NCBI GenBank assembly: GCA_963762145.1
Contig: CAVXJS010000021.1
Span: forward strand, 608,001-672,000
Direction of reading: 5' to 3'
Origin: an uncultured Candidatus Rokubacteria bacterium
GTDB taxonomy: Bacteria > Methylomirabilota > Methylomirabilia > Rokubacteriales > CSP1-6
DNA length: 64,000 nt
Shown here: piece after piece, positions 59,516 to 64,000 of the stretch
Numbering within the stretch: position 1 is the stretch's first letter
Layout of the letters: every line of letters begins with the position of its first letter
The notes under the pieces: generated by a model
What the model saw: only the letters and a program-made list of their open reading frames with translations
Databases searched by the model: none
Told to the model about the DNA's origin: nothing
Position numbers and translations under genes: made by a program

Positions 59516-59713
59516 ATGAAAAGCAAGAGCGGTTCCAAGAAGAGCAAGACGTCGTCCGCGCGCGCCAAGACCAAGCCGGCCAAGAAGCCGGCCGCGAAGG
59601 CGCCCGCCAAGAGCACCGCCTCGAAGGCCGCCCCCGCGGCGCCCCGCCCCGCCCCCTACACCCCGAAGCCGATCGAGGGGATGGGCTGGGCCCCCTTCCG
59701 CTACTCGCGCTAA
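59516..59713 (+). CDS. Small Lys/Ala-rich basic protein
   Basis: MKSKSGSKKSK..KPAKKPAAK..GWAPFRY; high-GC3 codons. Confidence 0.6.
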   Translation: MKSKSGSKKSKTSSARAKTKPAKKPAAKAPAKSTASKAAPAAPRPAPYTPKPIEGMGWAPFRYSR

Positions 59714-59718
59714 CCCCC

Positions 59719-60468
59719 CTGGTCCGGGGGGCCGCGCTCGGGGCGCTCCTGCTGCTGCTGACCGGGGGCTGCGCGGTATTCGAGCGGGCTGGTCAAAGCT
59801 GGTGGGAGCTGCGGCGCGACTCCTCCGGGCAGGCTCCGGATCCCGCCGACTCCCGGGACGCCATCGTCCAGGTCTATGCGGCCCGGACGGTGGGATGGCG
59901 GGGCGTGATGGCGGTCCACAGCTGGATCTCGGTCAAGCCAAGCGGCGCGGACTCTTACACCCGCTACGAGGTCATGGGCTGGGGGGTCGGCGACGGAGCG
60001 CCGTCGGTCCGGGTCAACCGGAGCGGGCCGGACAACTACTGGTTCGGGAGCCGGCCGGAGCGGCTGGTGGACCGGCGGGGCGAGGGCGTTGACGAGCTGA
60101 TCACCCGGATCCAGGCCGCGGTGGAGGCCTACCCCTACCCGACCAGTTACCGCACGTGGCCCGGGCCCAACAGCAACACCTTCATCGCCTACCTGGGGCG
60201 GGCCGTGCCGGAGCTCCGGATCGACCTGCCCGCCACCGCCATCGGCAAGGACTTCATCCCCGGCGGGATGCCGGTGGCCATGAGCCCCAGCGGCACTGGG
60301 GTGCAGCTCTCCCTCTTCGGGCTGCTGGGGGTGCTGGCCGGCGTGGAGGAGGGGGTTGAGCTGAACGTGCTGAGCCTGACCTTCGGGGTGGACGTCAAGC
60401 GGCCGGCGCTGAAGCTGCCGATCGTGGGGCGGATCGGGTTCAGCCAGCTCCCGGACCCTGCGAGATAG
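59719..60468 (+). CDS. DUF3750 domain protein (start uncertain)
   Basis: VQVYAART.GWRG..VHSWI, YTRYEV.GW, WPGPNSNTF, PATAIGKD. Confidence 0.85.
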   Translation: MVRGAALGALLLLLTGGCAVFERAGQSWWELRRDSSGQAPDPADSRDAIVQVYAARTVGWRGVMAVHSWISVKPSGADSYTRYEVMGWGVGDGAPSVRVNRSGPDNYWFGSRPERLVDRRGEGVDELITRIQAAVEAYPYPTSYRTWPGPNSNTFIAYLGRAVPELRIDLPATAIGKDFIPGGMPVAMSPSGTGVQLSLFGLLGVLAGVEEGVELNVLSLTFGVDVKRPALKLPIVGRIGFSQLPDPAR

Positions 60469-61546
60469 TCTCCCAGCCGGCCTCGGCCAAGGGCCGCGCC
60501 CGCTCCCCCCGCGAGCGCGCGTTGGGATCGTTCGCGGTGCCGGCGATCACGCGGCCCATGATCCCCTGGGCGATCGCGGCCAGACGGAACATCGCGAAGG
60601 CCAGATAGAACTCCCAGTCGGGAATGCTCGAGCGGCCGGTCCGCCGGCAATAGGCCGCCACGTAGTCCGCCTCGGTCGGCAGCCCCAGCTCGGCGAGGTT
60701 GGCGCCGAGCACGCCGCCCAGGGTGCTGGGGGCGAGGCGGTAGGGCATGCAGTTGTAGGCCAGGTCGGCCAGAGGGCTGCCCAGCGTGGACAGCTCCCAG
60801 TCGAGCACCGCCACCACCCGCGGCTCCGTCGGGTGGACGATGAGGTTGCCGGGCCGGAAATCCCCGTGGACGATCGTGGGCTGCTCCTCCGCGGGCACGT
60901 GCTCGGGCAGCCAGGCGATCAGCCGCTCCATGGCCTCGATCGGCTCCGTCTCCGAGGCGCGGTACTGGGTCGTCCAGCGATGGATCTGGCGGGCGAAGTA
61001 ACTGCCGGGCCGGCCGTAGTCGGTGAGCCCGGCGGCCTGGAGGTCCACCGTGTGCAGGCGCGCGAGCACGTCGTTCATCGAGTTGTAGATGCGCCCGCGA
61101 TCGCCCGGACTCAGGCCGGGCAGCAGCGGATCGGCCATGACCCGCCCCGCCACCCACTCCATGATGAAGAACGCGGTGCCGATCACCGTGTCGTCCTCGC
61201 AGAGGGCGTAGGTGCGCGGCACCGGGACCGGGGTGCGGGCCAGCGCGGTGATGATGCGGTACTCGCGCTCGACGGCGTGGGCGGAGGGCAGGAGCTTGCC
61301 CGGCGGCTTGCGGCGCAGCACGTACTCGCCGCCCGGCGAGCTCAGGCGATAGGTCGGGTTGGACTGCCCGCCCTGGAACTGGCTCACGGTGACGGGCCCC
61401 TTGAAGCCCAGCACGTGCTCCATCATGTACCGCTCGAGCGCGACGACGTCGAAGCGATGCGTCTCGCGCACCGGCACGGTGTCGGCGGTCGAGGTGACAT
61501 CGGGAGTCGGGCGCGCGCGGTCCTGGGCGTCCATCGAAGGCTCCAT
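60440..61546 (-). CDS. APH-family phosphotransferase (ACAD10/11-like)
   Basis: GGQSNPT, VLRRKPPG, HGDFRPGN, LDWELSTLG. Confidence 0.92.
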   Translation of the reverse strand: MEPSMDAQDRARPTPDVTSTADTVPVRETHRFDVVALERYMMEHVLGFKGPVTVSQFQGGQSNPTYRLSSPGGEYVLRRKPPGKLLPSAHAVEREYRIITALARTPVPVPRTYALCEDDTVIGTAFFIMEWVAGRVMADPLLPGLSPGDRGRIYNSMNDVLARLHTVDLQAAGLTDYGRPGSYFARQIHRWTTQYRASETEPIEAMERLIAWLPEHVPAEEQPTIVHGDFRPGNLIVHPTEPRVVAVLDWELSTLGSPLADLAYNCMPYRLAPSTLGGVLGANLAELGLPTEADYVAAYCRRTGRSSIPDWEFYLAFAMFRLAAIAQGIMGRVIAGTANDPNARSRGERARPLAEAGWETISQGPGAG

Positions 61547-61582
61547 GGGCGAACGAGTCCGGATTATTACACGACCGGGCGG

Positions 61583-62833
61583 TCAGGGCGTCGCGGGAGT
61601 TGACGACGGCGGCGGCTCGAGCGGCGCCGGATACCAGCGCCGCCACGCCCCGGTGAGCGCCAGGATCAGCACGAGCCCGGCCCCGCCGCCCACCGCGCAC
61701 GCCCAGGAGACGCCCCAGTGCTCGGCCAGCGTGCCCATGATCAGCGCCCCGAACGGCGTCATTCCCGCGAAGACCAGCGCGTAGAGGCCCATCACGCGCC
61801 CCCGCAGCTCGTCGGGCACCGCGATCTGGACGGTGGTGTTGCAGCTCGTCATGAAGACGATCTGCGCGAAGCCGAGCGCCATCAGGACCGCCGCGGTCGC
61901 GCTGAAGTGGCGCGCGGCGGAGAGCAGGAGCAGCAGCGACGCCGCGGCCACCGCGGGGCCCACCACCATGCCGAGTGGCGGGCGCCCGGAGGACAGGACC
62001 GCCACCGCGAGCGAGCCCGCCACCGCGCCCAGGCCGAGCGAGGCCATCAGCAGGCCGAAGCCGTGCGCGCCCTCCTGCAGCACGTCGCGGGCGATCAGGG
62101 GCACGAGCACGTTCATGTTGACCACGAAGAGGCTCACCGCCACGAGCAGGCTCATCACGAGCGCGACGCGGGGCGTGCCCGCCGCGTAGCGCAGCCCTTC
62201 CGCGATCTCGGCCCGGAGGCCGAGGCCCCGCCGCGGGCTCGGGGTGCCCTCGGTGCGGATGGCCGCGAGGGCGCCGATCACCGCGATGAAGCTGAGGCCG
62301 TTCATCACGAAGGCGGCCGCGGTCCCATAGCGCGCTACCAGGAGGCCCGACACCGCGGGGCCGACCACGCGGGCGCCATTGAACACCGCCGAGTTCAGCG
62401 CGATCGCGTTCATGAGATCGCCGCGGGGCACCAGGTGCGCGACGTAGGCCTGGCGCGACGGCATGTCGAGCGTGGTGGCGAGGCCGTAGAGGGCGGCCAG
62501 CACCGCCACGTGCCAGAACTGCACGTGGCCGCTCCAGACCAGGGCCGCCAGCGTGAAGGCCTGCACCATGAGCGCGGTCTGGGTGCCGAGGAGCAGCCGC
62601 CGCTTGCGCACCCGATCGCTGATCGCGCCGGACAGGAACGAGAAGAGGAGGATGGGACCGAACTGGAGCGCGCCGATCAGGCCGAGCCGGAACGGAGAGT
62701 TCGTCAGCTCGAGCACGAGCCACGATTGCCCCACGCTCTGCATCCACGTGCCGATGAGGGAGACGAGCTGTCCGCACCAGAACAGGCGGAAATCCCGGTG
62801 GCCGAGGGCACGCAGCCCGGCGGGAAGGACCAT
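61583..62833 (-). CDS. MFS transporter
   Basis: FRLFWCGQLVSLIGTWMQ, NAIALNS..FN.AR..GP, LRGRVMG. Confidence 0.92.
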   Translation of the reverse strand: MVLPAGLRALGHRDFRLFWCGQLVSLIGTWMQSVGQSWLVLELTNSPFRLGLIGALQFGPILLFSFLSGAISDRVRKRRLLLGTQTALMVQAFTLAALVWSGHVQFWHVAVLAALYGLATTLDMPSRQAYVAHLVPRGDLMNAIALNSAVFNGARVVGPAVSGLLVARYGTAAAFVMNGLSFIAVIGALAAIRTEGTPSPRRGLGLRAEIAEGLRYAAGTPRVALVMSLLVAVSLFVVNMNVLVPLIARDVLQEGAHGFGLLMASLGLGAVAGSLAVAVLSSGRPPLGMVVGPAVAAASLLLLLSAARHFSATAAVLMALGFAQIVFMTSCNTTVQIAVPDELRGRVMGLYALVFAGMTPFGALIMGTLAEHWGVSWACAVGGGAGLVLILALTGAWRRWYPAPLEPPPSSTPATP

Positions 62834-62848
62834 TCGCTATACTGTGCC

Positions 62849-63523
62849 ATGCCTCTCGCTCGTCTGCTCACGGGTGCCCCGGTCGTGCTCGGCATCGCGC
62901 TCGGCCTCGTGGCCGGGCTCGCGTGGGTGGGCGCGGCGCCGTCGAGCCCGGGCGCGAGTCCGGCGCCGCACGGGCTCGTGCAGGGCGGCGGCCCGGGCCT
63001 CGCGGGGCAGTTCCTCGTCGCCACCGAGGCGCTGCGCGCGCCCGCCTTCGCGCGCACCGTCATCTACATGGTCCGCGACGACGCGAGTGGCGCGATGGGG
63101 CTGGTCGTCAACCGGCCCGTGCGCGACGTGCCGGTAGCGTCCCTCCTCCGCCAGTTCGGCCTCGACGATCGTGGGGTCACCGCCAGCGTGCGCGCCCACT
63201 ACGGCGGGCCGGTCGAGCGCGGGCAGGGCTTCATGCTGCACACCGGCGAGTACACCACACAGGGCACCGAGCGCATTGCGGGCGACATCGCGCTGACGCC
63301 GACGCCCGGCGTGCTCACCGCGCTGCGCGACATCGCCAGCGGCACGGGGCCGCGGCTGTCGCTCTTCGCGGTGGGCTACGCGGGCTGGGCGCCGGGCCAG
63401 CTCGCGGGCGAGATCGAGCAGGGCGCCTGGATCACGGTGCTCGCCGACGAGGCTCTCCTCTTCGACGACGACCACGCGAGCAAGTGGGACCGCGCCACCG
63501 CCCGCCGCCGCATCAACATCTGA
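62849..63523 (+). CDS. YqgE/AlgH family protein
   Basis: FLVA, GAMGLVVNRP, GGPV, GYAGWAPGQL..E. Confidence 0.9.
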   Translation: MPLARLLTGAPVVLGIALGLVAGLAWVGAAPSSPGASPAPHGLVQGGGPGLAGQFLVATEALRAPAFARTVIYMVRDDASGAMGLVVNRPVRDVPVASLLRQFGLDDRGVTASVRAHYGGPVERGQGFMLHTGEYTTQGTERIAGDIALTPTPGVLTALRDIASGTGPRLSLFAVGYAGWAPGQLAGEIEQGAWITVLADEALLFDDDHASKWDRATARRRINI

Positions 63524-63525
63524 TC

Positions 63526-63590
63526 GGGCTCAGGTCTTACATTCCGACAATGTGTGAATGTAAGACCTGACCCCATCTAGTGCTGACCCC
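63526..63590. repeat. GGGTC-type REP-like palindrome
   Basis: TCAGGTCTTACATTC (63530-63544) / GAATGTAAGACCTGA (63556-63570) perfect IR, extra CTGACCCC copy at 63583. Confidence 0.7.
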
Positions 63591-63592
63591 AA

Positions 63593-64000
63593 CTAATGCG
63601 CGTTGCCGGCGGTATACGTCGGGGCGGGGAGGCCTTCGATCGCGACGTTGACGATGGCGGGGAGGCCGGCGCGGAGCGCGCGATCGAGGGCGGGCTCGAG
63701 GTCCTCCGCGCGCTCGACGTGCTCGCCGTGGGCGCCGAGCCCGGCCGCGAGCTGGTCGTAGCGCGAGGCTGCGAGCTCGCAGCCCACCGTGCGATCGGCG
63801 CCGTAGTGCTGGATCTGGAGCTGGTGCTCCGCGTTCCAGCGCGCGTCGTTGCCGATCACGGTCACCACCGGCAGGCGGTAGCGCGCCGCGGTGTCGAGCT
63901 CGAAGGCGTGGAAGCCGAAGGTGCCGTCGCCCAGCACCGCGAACACGGGGCGATCGGGATGACGGAGCCGGGCCGCGATCGCCATCGGGATCGCGCTGCC
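63593..64000 (-). CDS. Thiamine pyrophosphate-binding protein, C-terminal part
   Basis: GDGTFGF...IGND TPP motif. Confidence 0.88.
   Translation of the reverse strand, partial: GSAIPMAIAARLRHPDRPVFAVLGDGTFGFHAFELDTAARYRLPVVTVIGNDARWNAEHQLQIQHYGADRTVGCELAASRYDQLAAGLGAHGEHVERAEDLEPALDRALRAGLPAIVNVAIEGLPAPTYTAGNAH

Overview
High-GC bacterial chromosomal window. Gene content (repeated ABC substrate-binding paralogues, LLM oxidoreductases, CCCTCACCC-type REPs) suggests Candidatus Rokubacteria; this is an inference. Many single-base frameshifts in ordinary genes point to long-read indel errors. Left part (~1-24.6 kb): a sedentary integron in decay, with about 40 small, almost all minus-strand cassette-like genes, an attI-like site at ~24215, four intact attC sites, several eroded or collapsed attC remnants and chimeric genes. 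Its intI (24402-24576, absent from the ORF track) is co-oriented with the array and reduced to its N- and C-terminal tips. The array also holds a probable selenocysteine DsrE-like gene (in-frame UGA in UxxC plus a SECIS-like hairpin). Right part (24.6-64 kb): housekeeping and accessory metabolism (MetE-like, MocR regulator, ATP-dependent DNA ligase, GGT, PduO, MoxR-DUF58-transglutaminase, Dps, DapA, a radical-SAM/phosphoesterase/DUF3047/glycosyltransferase operon, TenA, UbiD). REP palindromes there occur as matched inverted pairs and have entered two coding sequences.
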